DNA of 61,667 nucleotides, the filler included, from Basidiobolus ranarum (lineage: Eukaryota): assembly GCA_040143965.1 (NCBI GenBank). It is 23 parts of 23 records of this genome, joined end to end, with 100 filler letters (N's around TTAATTAATTAA, not from the genome) between each part and the next. Parts side by side here need not be neighbours in the genome. Positions count along the whole stretch, not along the records: positions 10,773 to 13,362 come from JASJQH010003168.1; positions 13,463 to 16,051 come from JASJQH010003169.1; positions 16,152 to 18,740 come from JASJQH010003170.1; positions 18,841 to 21,428 come from JASJQH010003171.1; positions 21,529 to 24,116 come from JASJQH010003172.1; positions 24,217 to 26,804 come from JASJQH010003173.1; 17 more parts are not named here. One strand, written 5' to 3'. Numbering within the stretch: position 1 is the first letter of the stretch; every line of letters begins with the position of its first letter. Under the pieces are notes generated by a model. It worked only from the letters and a program-made list of their open reading frames with translations. It was not told where the DNA came from and ran no database searches. Both the position numbers and the translations under genes were made by a program. Of this stretch, positions 12,574 through 24,990 are shown piece by piece.

Positions 12574-13362
12574 AGGGTGGTATTTTATGTAGAGCCCATC
12601 AATATCATCAGCTGATTCTGAGACAGTGTCACAGACAAGTCATCAGGGGATTTACAAAATATTTCTGGTAATGGATGGTAATTGTGGCTTATTGTAAGCT
12701 GCTTCTAAGCAATTGCACTATACCAAGTTTACCATCTGAAAATTTCAATGCCATTCAAAAAGCATTCAAAATCAAAATCAAAACTAGCTTCCAAGCAAAA
12801 GCCTACTGGCACAACTGGAAAAAACCAGCAAGAACAGAGGACTTCATTGATGAGCAGTCTACCAATCCACTATCCATTATGGGAGGTGTGGACTTGTGGG
12901 AAACCAACTGAAGTAATGAAAAGTGTTGAGCAATATACCAGATTTGTTCCTTTCTAGCAATAGTGCAAGTGAAGAAATTGTAGTTCCCCACTTACATAGT
13001 AAACTAATAGTTGAGCAAAGTTCAACAGAAACACCATCAAGACCATCAACTTCCAAAGTGGCTTCTTTGCCCACTATTGAACAACCCTCCATAGAAAATT
13101 TGGATAGAATTATTACAACAAGGGAATCACAGGCAGAACACTGTAATGATTTGTATGCAATCATAAGTAAAAACTACAAAGTTGCTATACAGGCCATGAC
13201 AAGCAATAATGCCGCAATATTGCAATTAATGCAGCATTTGGAAGCAACTAATCAACAGTTAGAGAGTCACTCAACAATGATACAAGACCTTCAGAATGCT
13301 GTACTTGAGCTACAGCAACATGCTGCTCCCTCTGTCCATTCTCATATGAGATTTCAATCAAT
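12574..13362 (+). mobile_element. Second ORF (ORF2, unknown function) associated with the EnSpm family, divergent from the transposase
   Basis: 12923-13362 is a close paralog of 35546-36175; later parts of this ORF recur at 17645, 32505, 48375 and 56413. Confidence 0.65.
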
Positions 13363-13462
13363 NNNNNNNNNNNNNNNNNNNNNNNNNNNNNNNNNNNNNN
13401 NNNNNNTTAATTAATTAANNNNNNNNNNNNNNNNNNNNNNNNNNNNNNNNNNNNNNNNNNNN

Positions 13463-16051
13463 TTTCAAGCTTTTCTCCCTTTATCAGTACGTAAAGTGTT
13501 TTGGGTGACCACTCTAATGCTTTTAAAATTCCCAGCAATTCGTATCCAGGGGTGATGTCGATTGCTAATAAAATATTCGTAAAATATTCGATATCTGTAG
13601 CCAGTTGCTTGGAGCCAAATAAAGTGACTTTTTCTAAGCCAAGGATAAAGTCACATAACTTGGCTTGTGTGGCTTGTGCTACTGATGCAATCCATCGATG
13701 CGTGATTTCTATACGTCGATTGGTTTCAAATACTTGGTCAGAGGAGTTCATGGAAGTCAGTCGTGGACGAGCTCCAGATACAGAGGAGCTGCGACGGGTT
13801 CGTGTAGTATTCGAAGGATTTGATTGATCAGAGGACATAGTGGAATACGAACGTGCACGGTTTAATCCTGGAGGGGTAGGTCGTCCTCCAACAGTGGAAT
13901 AGCTACGATGCCGAGATTGGGGGCTTTCAGAGGAGGGCTTAGGTGAAGATACTGTGGTAGTTGGCTCTGGTGATGTTGGCAATTCCTCATTGATGAGGAA
14001 TTGACTATAGGGTAGGGTATCGAGCGAAAAGCCAAAGGATTCATGTCCAGTATACGTTTCCAGTTGTTGCGGCAAAGTGAGTAAATATTCGCCAACACGC
14101 GTGATGTATGTGGATGGAGAGAGACTGAACTTTGGAATTTGTAATTTAAGTGGTGAAGTAGTTCCAGCTTCGTTAGAGATCCAAGCTGGATTCTTATCAA
14201 AGTCAATTAACTGCTTCTTAATGGTAGCGAAAAGCATATTGAACAAATATTTTTGGCACTGTCTGGTGAAGCTTTTAGATGCCAAGCGAGGGTTTTCAGC
14301 CAAAGTAAACGCACCATTTTGAAGCTTAATTAGCAAACTACGCAACTCCAAGCTATTGAGTGTGGACTCCTTAAGTAGTGACAGTGATGCAACCGTAATA
14401 TCTTGAGCCGGGATAGAGAAGCTAGTTGGACTATCCTCATCATACATAGTAATATCCACACTCACCTTTCCGAACTCAAGTTCCTTGCTCAAAAAATTAT
14501 CAGTATAAAGTATTGCTGTTTTGGCGCTCTTCTCATATTCTTCAATTTGAATACTAATCCTTTTACAGGCGCTAAGCAATTCCAGTCCAAGTTGAAACAG
14601 TTGCCAGTTTACTTGTTGATATTCATCTACTTCCGCCTCTTCTTCCTCGGATATTTGAGATAACATTACTGCATTTCCATCGCTGAACATTGACGAAAGC
14701 TGGTCACAATGTGTCTCTAATTCGCCTATTAACTTGCAAATATATTGGGAGACTGACTTAGCCATCCCAACACTAGCGAATCCATGAGTAAAGTAAAGAC
14801 ACCGAGAGAGAGCAGCGTCAATAACATTGAAGGTCTTAGGAATTACATCCAACATGTAGCGTACAATCTTATCTCCAGTTTCCTTAGTCGAGTCTACCTT
14901 GAGAATTTTTTCAAGGGTCGCGTCAAGATAGGCACTCTCATACTCTGGATACTTGCACTGATGGCTTAAAAATCCTTCAAATATAGGGTCTCCCCAATGA
15001 TTAAAGTCGATTACTTTATCAGTTTGGTTCTTTTCATATAATTGGTAAAGTAAATTCTCGACAGTACTACCAAATTTCTCGGATGCCTTAAAGGCTCTTA
15101 TGAGCTCGGGTAATGACTCGACTATTGGCTGCTGCTCGGCCAACAAATCAATTTGTGATGATAATGAAGGTGTTAAGGAGTTGAAAACCTTTCGAATGAG
15201 AGAATATATAACAGATCCGGGATTAGGAAAGATCTCCACACACCAGGTCTTTTCCTGATTTATCATGATAAAAGCTTCTTCGTAAAACTTTTGAAGGAAA
15301 TCGCTGAAATTCGAAGTAGAGATTTTCCCAGGTTGCCCTCCATCGCGTACATTGCTGCCATCGGTTTTCTCAGAGAAGGACCCCTCCCACAAGGTGATCA
15401 GGGAAGTCTGCCGACTACAGAAGTACATTTCCATGAAGACGTCTTCTTTATGAATCCTATTGAAGATATTGTATAAACTCTTGCAGTTTTCAACATCTCT
15501 GCCATTAACTGCCGTATTCAGCAAAGGAATCAACGCATGCTCTAGCTGATTTCTCAGATTGTCTAGGAGGGTTAGCCTTCCTTCATATTCTGGAGAATTT
15601 TGGAACATGGCCAAACTTTTCTGAGCCTCTTCTAATCGAGTTGTGACATCAAGGTATGCTTTCTTGGCCATTAAGGAGCTTACTTCAGCACCAAGATTGT
15701 TCCAAGTCTCGGCTTCACGTAAGACATTTTTGGAGGCCTCCATTCGTGATTTGATCAACTCAAGTTGCACTAAATCATACAAAGCACTGTCTTCTTTCTC
15801 AACGATGTTAACGACTCCTTTTTTTATCTCGGTGATTTTCCCCTTGGCCAAAAGTGCTTCTTGTTTTATAGTTTCCAAATCATACACAATTCTAGGCAAG
15901 CTTTTGGTAACGTTTTCGCAGGTGGCTTCAAGTCGCGTGGTGTATTAATTACATAGCAGGTGGAGCGTAGTAACTGGGCTTAATACGTTAGTCGGCGGAT
16001 CGTTTTCGTGCGGGGCTCCGCCGCGGCGTTTTTTGGAAATTAGGTCTGAAC
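13463..16051 (-). CDS. COG7: Conserved oligomeric Golgi complex subunit 7, long animal/plant type, partial at both ends
   Basis: PRIVYDLETIKQEA..IKSRME..LREAETW..SPEY..LRNQLE and PKFSLSPSTYITRVGEYLLTLPQQLE, QLATDIEYFTNIL match COG7 as I recall it; >800 codons without an intron; one in-frame TAA at 15945-15947. Confidence 0.9.
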
Positions 16052-16151
16052 NNNNNNNNNNNNNNNNNNNNNNNNNNNNNNNNNNNNNNNNNNNNTTAAT
16101 TAATTAANNNNNNNNNNNNNNNNNNNNNNNNNNNNNNNNNNNNNNNNNNNN

Positions 16152-18620
16152 TAAATCTTCCTTCTTCTGAATGGTATGAGAGTCATAATATTTTGATACT
16201 ATCCATCATATCTGGACCTAAATCACCAGTGCTTATAGATAGCTTCTTGGAGCCTTTGATTGTTGCATTGGAACAATTACCTAATGTGGTCAGATGGTTT
16301 AATATTTTATTAAGGCTAATATTGTTGTATTTATTGGTGATACTCCTGCCATCAGTAAACTTGGAGATTTTTGTGGGCACAATGCACTATCTTGCTGTCG
16401 ATTTTGTCAAATCAATGGAGTTTACTCTAATAGGCATATGCTTGACTACTATTGAAATACAACACTAAACTTCATGATTTTACCATTGAGAGCCTGATCA
16501 CATTTCAATATGATCACTGATATCAGTTCACCAAATAGCAAGTCTAACATCAAATTTGGTATTAGACATAAGCCTAAGATTATATTGCTAAAGGGGATCA
16601 GCTGGAGCCAGAGCTTCCCATTGGCACACAATGCTCATACTATTCAACAACATTCTAATACTACTTACTCAGGTATATAGTGGAAAATTCAATATGAATG
16701 AGCCATTCAAGATAGGATCAAAGTTTGAATAGATGGGGAAAATGCTTGAAAACATCAAGATATCATCATATTGTAACAGAACTTGTATCAATATCCACTC
16801 ATCTATGCGTTTATTGAAATACAAAGACTTGAAGTATTGGATTGGCATATATTCAAGTTGAATTTCAAAAAGATTTCTGCCTGATAAGTATTGGCAACAT
16901 TGGGAGTTGTTTGTGGATATTGTTAATATGTTCTTACATCATCAACTCACATTAGCAGATCACAGGCAGATACAGCGACTCTGCAAAGATTTTGTAATTA
17001 GATATGAATAACTATATTTCAGGTTTCAAGAAGATAGACTGAATCTATGCTGTATTCAATATGTTCCCTGCTGCATCTTTCACAATGCTTAAAGATTATA
17101 GGCCTTTGCTATACATTCTGGGGGTTCCTAATGGAGCACACCTGTGGTGAAATGATGCTCTGTGTGGAATTGTCAGTATTCAAAATATCAGATGTTAAGC
17201 AATTTTTCCACAGTTAGTTTGCTGGTAAAGCATATTGATGTTGTTGAGTTATGTCTAATCAGTCAAGTATGCGCATATGTAGAGACTAAACACTACAAGA
17301 TTTGTGTAATTTTTGATTCTCATTATGGCTGGAATACAAAGCCTAAAATATATAAATAAAGAACACATCTTAATTCAAATTCCTACAGCAGTAAACCCAG
17401 TAATTTGCCATTCAAAAATTTTTTTTTTGCAAAAATTGTTGGATATTGAGTAATGCATGCCAAATTTGAGGAATACTATTTTAACATGCACAAATACCAT
17501 CAAAATACAGTCAAGAAACCACTGTTACACCATCAAAATCCCTAGCAGAATGCAAGCCATTGATATTGTGATGGTTCTCTGACAGCTTTGCTATTTTGGA
17601 AGATGGATCCAATCAGGATCAAATCAATTTTATTTTTGTTAGGGACACCATCAGCAGTTTCACACTACAACAAGGTATAAGAATGGTAAAAGTGCTTGTG
17701 GAGGATTTTTAAATGTTTGAAGGGAAAAATGCAGTGCAAGTATGCAGAGAGTGGCTTCAGACAAAGAATATTCTACTTGACATTCAGTCTGGTGTTGACA
17801 ATGTAGAAATCTGGGAAGAGCTTAATACAGAGTGGCACAATATTGCAGGATATCTGCCAGGTAGCTTAGAGAATATTGATTTGGTCATATTGATACAAAG
17901 GTGGGATTTGATGATGATATTGATATAAACTTGTGTTGGATATAAGTTAAACCTTGGATATGAAGAACTCTATAAAAATATTCAGCAGAATATATCAATT
18001 AAACCAGGCACTTTGAAGGTGACAAATTAGCATTCAAGTGATATAGGTGTAAAATTTGAGTCAAGTTTTTTGCACTTGTGTTGATCCATAGTTCTGTGAT
18101 ATTGTGGAAAATCCTGTGCAGCTATTTTTTGAGATCTCAAAATTTCACTCCTGAAGCTGAAAAAATTGATAAAAATCAAATATAACTTGATGATTTTATG
18201 ATGGTAAGTAAATGGTCAATCCAAAATGGATTAAATCGTGATGGTTTTCCTACAATTACAATCCACAAATTTCTGTTAGAGGCCAATAATCTCAGCTAGT
18301 TAAATTGTCCACCCTCTGAATGGTTTAAGAGTCATAATAATTTGATAATATCCATCATATATGGATCTAAATCACCAGTGCTTATAGATAGCTTCTTGGA
18401 GCCTTTGATGATGGAATTTGAATGGTCATTTAATGGGGTTCAGATGGGCGCATAATTTTTAAAGATGATATCTTTGTATGCATTGGTGACACTCCTGACA
18501 TCAGTAAACTTGGAGGTTTTTGTGAGCACAATGCAATATCTTGCTGTGGACTTTGTCAAATCAATGGAGCTTACTTTACTAAGGATACACACTACTACTA
18601 CGCATATGTAACACTAAACG
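16152..18620 (+). mobile_element. Nested EnSpm copies: transposase to terminus (17644), ORF2 tail to opposite terminus (18281), then a second transposase fragment
   Basis: ISGPKSPVLIDSFLEPL at 16193 and again near 18360; termini TGTTAGGG (17637-17644) and TGTTAGAG (18274-18281). Confidence 0.85.
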
Positions 18621-21209
18621 CTGTAGTGAGGTAGCATTGCTACCCACTGGCAGGTTGACTTATTTCCACTCCAAGCTCATATCATTACTATTGCACAATT
18701 TTTATTTTATTATCCTTATTTGACTTACCCATATTTTCTANNNNNNNNNNNNNNNNNNNNNNNNNNNNNNNNNNNNNNNNNNNNTTAATTAATTAANNNN
18801 NNNNNNNNNNNNNNNNNNNNNNNNNNNNNNNNNNNNNNNNCCCTTGAAATATGATTGTACAATAAGCCACATAGCTGAACTCCAGGCGCCACATGCTTAT
18901 ATTGTACACAATGGCCAAACGAAAATTCACCTTCTGTGACAAACCTTGCCAATCAAAAGCCCCGGCTCCTTATTTAGATAAAAGAAAAATGACTAGTAGA
19001 TTCGCTCAGTTAAAAACCTGGTAAGTTCTCATTGGTCTCATCACATGAGACCCATTGGAGTAGACAATCGTGCAGTTAGTGACTGTTCTTTGTCTCTGAT
19101 TTCGCACTTCATTACTGATTCTGATACAGCCAAGTTCATCAATACAGCGTACGTGTCAGGCGGGGGCCCATTGCATTGTGATTAAAGCATCCACTCTTCA
19201 TCTCTTCAATTACATTATGTGCGTGAATCCAACTGGGGTTTCCGTCGGCCAATTAATGTGAGCTCACTTTATATTTAATATACTCAATATCTTAAACCAC
19301 CAGTACTCCTCCAGAACAGCACTGTTGATAGATGTGGACTTGGGGTGGGATGATCATCTTGGCGAATGTATTGAGGAGCAGAAGCACATACACAAAGCCA
19401 GAGTAACAGGGGTCCAGAATGCCGAGTGAGCTGAGATAAGCGACGGTATTCTTGCGGGAAATACCTGGGAACCTACCAAGCAGCATAGTTTATTTGAGTC
19501 TTCCACAATATTTTGTTTACATTCTGCGGCAGTTGAGGGCCAGAGATGCGACTACTTGCTGTCTATTTCGATGTAGCAAGCATCCACATGACATTGCATG
19601 TAGTTATGGGGCGAGCATTGGTAGGATATGGAATAATCTTCATGGGAGCTGAGATCATCAATGGAGTAAATTCCCAAGTAATTTAGAGAGATCGGGTGAT
19701 ATCGAAAGTTCTAGAACTAAAAACAGTACAGGACTTGTTCACTCCTCTGCAACTCCATCAAATACCATATTTAAAGCGGAGAAATATACGCGTTTTGAAA
19801 TCAGATTGCACCTTGTCACACGTGCTAATGTTCTATGGAAACACTGGCATTTCTAGATTGCGCAGTAAAATAATATCAACATGCGCTGTGCTATATAAGA
19901 TAGAAAACTGAATGGATTCCATGCGATTAAGGCTATATTCTGTTTTTCTACATCACTCATTCCTAAAAGAAGTCGTTAACAGGTGTCACAAGAGTGAAAT
20001 GTACGCTTAGATATGGCGATTCTTCGGAATCTTGCAATACAATAAGCATTCGTGAGCTTTCAGTAGTCTTCAAATACCAACCAACTAGTCATCGTATTGA
20101 TTGCAACAGGCCGTTTGGTTAAAGTACGGACAATCGATACAGACTCAATAGCAAAGTTTGATCTGCTTACTCAAAGAGCTATGTAGCAAACTCTCAATGT
20201 CATCTATTAAAACAGGTGCTATACCTTATTCACTAGAAATCAATTCCAGTGAGGTAGTGATTTAATCCCATGATGAACTTTAAATTCAAGTTTGGTGTAA
20301 CACTACATTCACACTTGTTTTTGCATTCTATTTATACATACCATCTGCCGCTAATGGTGGTAAGGGTCACTCCACTTTTGGTATATCAAGCAAAGAGAAA
20401 TGTATCATCTTTGTCCTAAACTCCCTGGAGCATCATGTCACATACTCTAATATACAGGTTCTCATATCCTAAACCCAAGTCTACCCCTACTTAAAATATC
20501 CCAAGTCTTTCCAAGTACTTTGGATGAGTTCAGCTGCAGATGACCCACAAAATACAATATGCTTGCATTATAGAGTGGTAAGAAGGATTCATTTCTAAGT
20601 TGTTTTCAACAATCATTTGCACGGGAATATTTTAATCAAGCACCTAAATACTCATGGCTTAGAGTATTCGTGTAAATGAGACATGTACTTCGGATACAGA
20701 AAAGATGGTATTTTCATACTTTCCAACCATACCTGGGGTTTCCTCAGCTTGGAACAGAATAGTAATGCACCATAGTACACATGAGTGCAACTCGATTGTC
20801 AAGTTTACGTTGAATATCCAATCATGTTAGGAAGTGTCAAAGAGTTGAATCACGCTCAATATGTATAACTTCAGGATGGAATATTAATAAAGTCAGATGC
20901 CAAGATGGTGGAAATAATGGCATCCGGAAACTAGTGTGTATAATTTCGTAAACATATACAATTTCCATCCACTCATTATATACAAATACTACAACTCATA
21001 ATTGGTTCACTTTGGTTGCAAGTATTTTCCCCAGGATTTTGTCATATCAGCCCAAGTTGCAGTGTCTGAAATAATGTAGAGGAAGCAATTACTCTTTGTG
21101 ATATTACCTGCATTTGTATTCAGTGTTGCCTGTAAATCAGCTTTGAGTTTCAGTTTTTAAAACTATTGTTTTGTTACCACCTACATCTCCTTTATATGAT
21201 ACAAGAATT

Positions 21210-21428
21210 TGTTAAAGTATTTGGGAGCCTGTTGGAAGTGGTTTGGAGAATTAGAGAAATAGATGGTTTTCACTTGCTCATGTATTGAGTAGACAGTTGA
21301 AATTTATACTTTTATCACAATAGATGTTAAAGTATTTGGGTGCCTGTTGGAAGTGGTTTGGAGAATTAGAGGAATTGGTGGCTTTTCACTTATTGATTTA
21401 TTGAGTAGAAAGTTGACATTTATAGTTT
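21210..21428 (-). mobile_element. Two tandem partial family C LTR ends
   Basis: TGTTAAAGTATTTGGG..GTTGGAAGTGGTTTGGAGAATTAG at ~21210 and ~21325; matches 39221 and 49399. Confidence 0.75.
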
Positions 21429-21673
21429 NNNNNNNNNNNNNNNNNNNNNNNNNNNNNNNNNNNNNNNNNNNNTTAATTAATTAANNNNNNNNNNNNNNNN
21501 NNNNNNNNNNNNNNNNNNNNNNNNNNNNGTAATAAAGCTTTTCATTTCCAATTACAAAATCTTTGCACAGTTGCTGTGTCTGCCTGAGATCTGCCAATGT
21601 GAGTTGATACCTTAAGAATATATTAACAATGTGCAAGGTTTGGGGCTTCTAGCACATGTTTGAAGAATATTTA

Positions 21674-23846
21674 TGTTGAAATTAGCATTGCCCAAACATC
21701 TATAAAGTCATATATAGCTTAATATTAAGATATCTTATATCTCACTAAGATATTACCCATTATTCTCATGAGGATTTCACTTTGAAGATTTCTACCAAAT
21801 TAGAAGTTCTCAGATATATTGATTTTTTCAAACCTGTGCTAGAAGCTGCCAACCTTGCACACATACTCCTGGGACCTTCCTTAACATGTTCTACATGTTA
21901 GTTTGATTACATCTTGACAAAAGCACAAATGTCAATGTTCCACTCAATAAATCAAAAAGCAAAATCAATCTACTTCTCTGTTTCTTGAAACCACTTCCAA
22001 CAGGCTCCCAGATACCTTAACAGGTTGTGAGCCCCAAGCTTGCACTCACTGTAATGTCTACTTCTCAAATTTCTGGAATCTTTCCCTCTTCTGAAAAATT
22101 GGATGAAACCAATTATCAAGTTGGGAAAACAAAAATAAAAATGCTGCTGCAAGACAATGGACTTTGCAATACTGTTCTAGGAGAAGAAAACAATGCAAAA
22201 CTCTCTGAAACCAAAGCTTTACTCCAGGTTAAAGAAGAATAAATTGCCTTTAACACAACTTGTCTAAATGCTGAAGACAAATTGCTAATTCAAAGCTCAA
22301 GAGCCAAAACTGGCTAGAAGGTATGGAAAGCCTTGGAAGACACCTACCAAGTATGTCCAGCTTCCAACAAGATGCTTCTAAGATGACAATTCTTCAAGTT
22401 AAAGATGAAGCCAGGAGAAGACATTAAATCACTAATTAATAGTTTCACTAATTTAGTGGATGAAATGGAATGCATTGGAGTACCCACTACTGATTAGGAT
22501 ATCATAGTTACAGTACTGAATAGCCTGCCACACTAGTTTCAGAGCCTATTAATGGCCCAAGAATCAAGAACCGAAAATTTGACCTTAAGTTATATATTTG
22601 GCAAACTCTTGGATAAAGATATATACCAAGCAGGATCCAACCAAAATAATGAAGAAAATGCTTTAATAGGCTGTAGGAAACCTTCCTATAATGGTCATAA
22701 GCACTCTAAGAAGAAAAGTAACATATTCTGTGATTACTGCAAAAGAACTGACCATTCAAACAAAGATTACTTGAAAAGAATTTGCAAAAGAAGAGATACA
22801 TACTGAATCTGGAAATGTGTTTACAACAGATGATCACTTATTCATATCTGCTCTATCTATGACTACCAGCAAGGCTATTCAGATGTGGTATATTGATTTT
22901 GGAGCCTATAAAAATTTCACAAATGAAAGTATTGGCTTGTGGATTATGAAGAAATCCCAGTTAGAAAGGTTTTGTTCAGAGATGACTCTAAATTAAATTA
23001 GGTGCCATTGGAATGGGAACAGTTCAAGGCAATTTAACTGGTGCTTCTGAAGAGAAAGTATATACTTTGCAGGATATAATATATGTTTTAGATATTGTCT
23101 AGAATTTAAAATCTCTATGCAAGGTCACCTCAGAAGGGCTAAAAATCAATTTTGATATGTCCAGATGCATCATCACTGGTCACAATGGGAATTATTTAGC
23201 TTTAGGTGAAAAGGATCAGAACTTATACAACCTTACATATAATCCAAGAGGTTAATGTATAGATATAAGTTATTCCAATCAAGAAACTATTCACACATGG
23301 CATAAGAGATTTGACCATATTAGATTTGATTATTTGAGCAAAATGATCAAAAATCACATAATAGACTTATTCCATTGTGCCAGGATTTATTGGACCTTGG
23401 ATCAATGTATTGGAGTAAATGTGATTGAAATTGATCATGCCAGAGGGTGATGGCTATTGCCAAATTGTGCCGCATAAATTTTAGAATACTTTATCCAATA
23501 TGATATATACAGCACAATCTGGCACTATCACAGAGAACAAGTCCAATTTCTACAATATAAAATAACCCTGCAATCAAAATGGATATTTGTCAGGGTTGTA
23601 TAAATGGAGAACAGGCCAGGTAACCATTTAAAAGCTCTGGTTTCATCAAATCTGTCAAAATATAGGATCTAATTCATTTGAATTTGTGTGGACTTATCCA
23701 AATGTATCTATAGGTAGAAAAGGATATTTGAACACCCTTACTGACAATTATACAAGACAAACTTAAGTCTGCTTTATGGAAAGAAAAGAAGCTCTCTCCC
23801 TATCTTCATAGATTTTAAAACTCTTGAGGATACTGGATCTAAAACT
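21674..23846 (+). mobile_element. Copia family C 5' half: LTR (21674-22022), PBS (22023-22034), gag, zinc knuckle, protease, integrase
   Basis: EKLDETNY, VLNSLP, CDYCKRTDH knuckle, WYIDFG, WHKRFDH GAG-pre-integrase, LIHLNLCG integrase; stops throughout. Confidence 0.9.
23364..23543. mobile_element. Putative ~180-bp MITE-like insertion in the copia coding region
   Basis: Ends GACTTATTC / GAACAAGTC (inverted, one mismatch); internal GTGCC/GGCAC motifs; a related end GACTTGTTCC interrupts LTR A at 5109. No clear target-site duplication. Confidence 0.45.
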
Positions 23847-24116
23847 GTTGGAGGATCTTGACATAATGGGGGTAGACTTTGAGTATTAGAAGCAACTTAT
23901 GATAGTGTGTTTTAGTTAGTTTATTCTTGAGAGTATATGGTGGCTTATATAGTAGAAAAGTAAATCAATTGTTTGAGATATTCAGGACTTTGTGTAATAA
24001 GATATAATAGTTAAGTGGGGGTAATAAGACATACTTGTTATATAGATATAGAGATATTCCTATTTAGAATATAGGGGCTATAGATACATTGCTTTCTGTT
24101 TCTGATATATGTATCA
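23847..24116. repeat. Additional LTR-like repeat (family D), partial
   Basis: Starts TGTTGG, interrupts integrase; reverse complement of ~24029-24081 recurs at 9627-9680. Confidence 0.55.
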
Positions 24117-24216
24117 NNNNNNNNNNNNNNNNNNNNNNNNNNNNNNNNNNNNNNNNNNNNTTAATTAATTAANNNNNNNNNNNNNNNNNNNNNNNNNNNN
24201 NNNNNNNNNNNNNNNN

Positions 24217-24990
24217 TGGGGACTACAAGGACCAATACAAAGAGGGATGATGTAAGGAAAATGTTAAGATGATGAGGTGACCTTCCATGGAAGGTCTTGG
24301 TGGAAATACACTATGTGTGAGATGACATGATTGGTTAGGTTTCATGGAATATTTCAAAGAACATGACTTCCATATAAGATAACCTGGATCAACTAAAACA
24401 AGATTGCCATGAAGGGATGGCACAGCAGATATGATGTCATAATCTAATAATAGAAGAGTTCTATTTGCAGTGGATGAGTATGCTGAGATCAGAATCATGG
24501 CATATCAAAGTGGAATCTTGAAAGGATTTCTGCCTTATATGTATAGGCAACACTGGGAGTTGTTTGTTGATATTGTTAATATATTCTTATGGCATCAACT
24601 CACATTGGATTTGAAAAACTTTATTTCAGGTTTACAGAAGATAGACTTAATATATGCCAGTATTCCATACTTTCCCTGCTGCATCTTCCAAAATGCTTAG
24701 AGATTACAGGCCCTTGCCATACATTCAGGGAGTTCCCAATGGAGTACACATATAGTGAAAGATGCTCTGTGTGAAATTTTCAGATTTACCATATACTAAT
24801 CTGATTAATTATGTATCAGCAAAATCAGTGATAGATATAATGCAATAGGTTAAGGAGACTCCAGAGTATATTAACTTTCCAACAAAGGGATCTTTTTAAT
24901 GTGTTCATGGGTTTTTGCATTGTTTGAGCTCAATTACAGCAACAAAGCCCAATGCAGAAGCTGATTGTCTTGTCCACAAAATCTGAAATA
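24217..24990. mobile_element. Partial gypsy LTR (24217-~24502) joined to an EnSpm transposase fragment (+)
   Basis: Matches 30310-30598; followed by YRQHWELFVDIV and TFREFPME. Confidence 0.75.

Noticed and set aside
15945-15947. Stop-codon reassignment
   Set aside because: TAA, TAG and TGA each terminate a credible gene here (CBM19 protein, SAM synthetase, dysbindin); one TAA near a contig end is insufficient.
13501-15948. Plus-strand ORFs over COG7, and similar ORFs at 47631 and 50057
   Set aside because: Antisense shadows of real coding frames.
18841-21200. Short ORFs in a mostly unique contig
   Set aside because: No recognisable motif or consistent exon chain; left unannotated.
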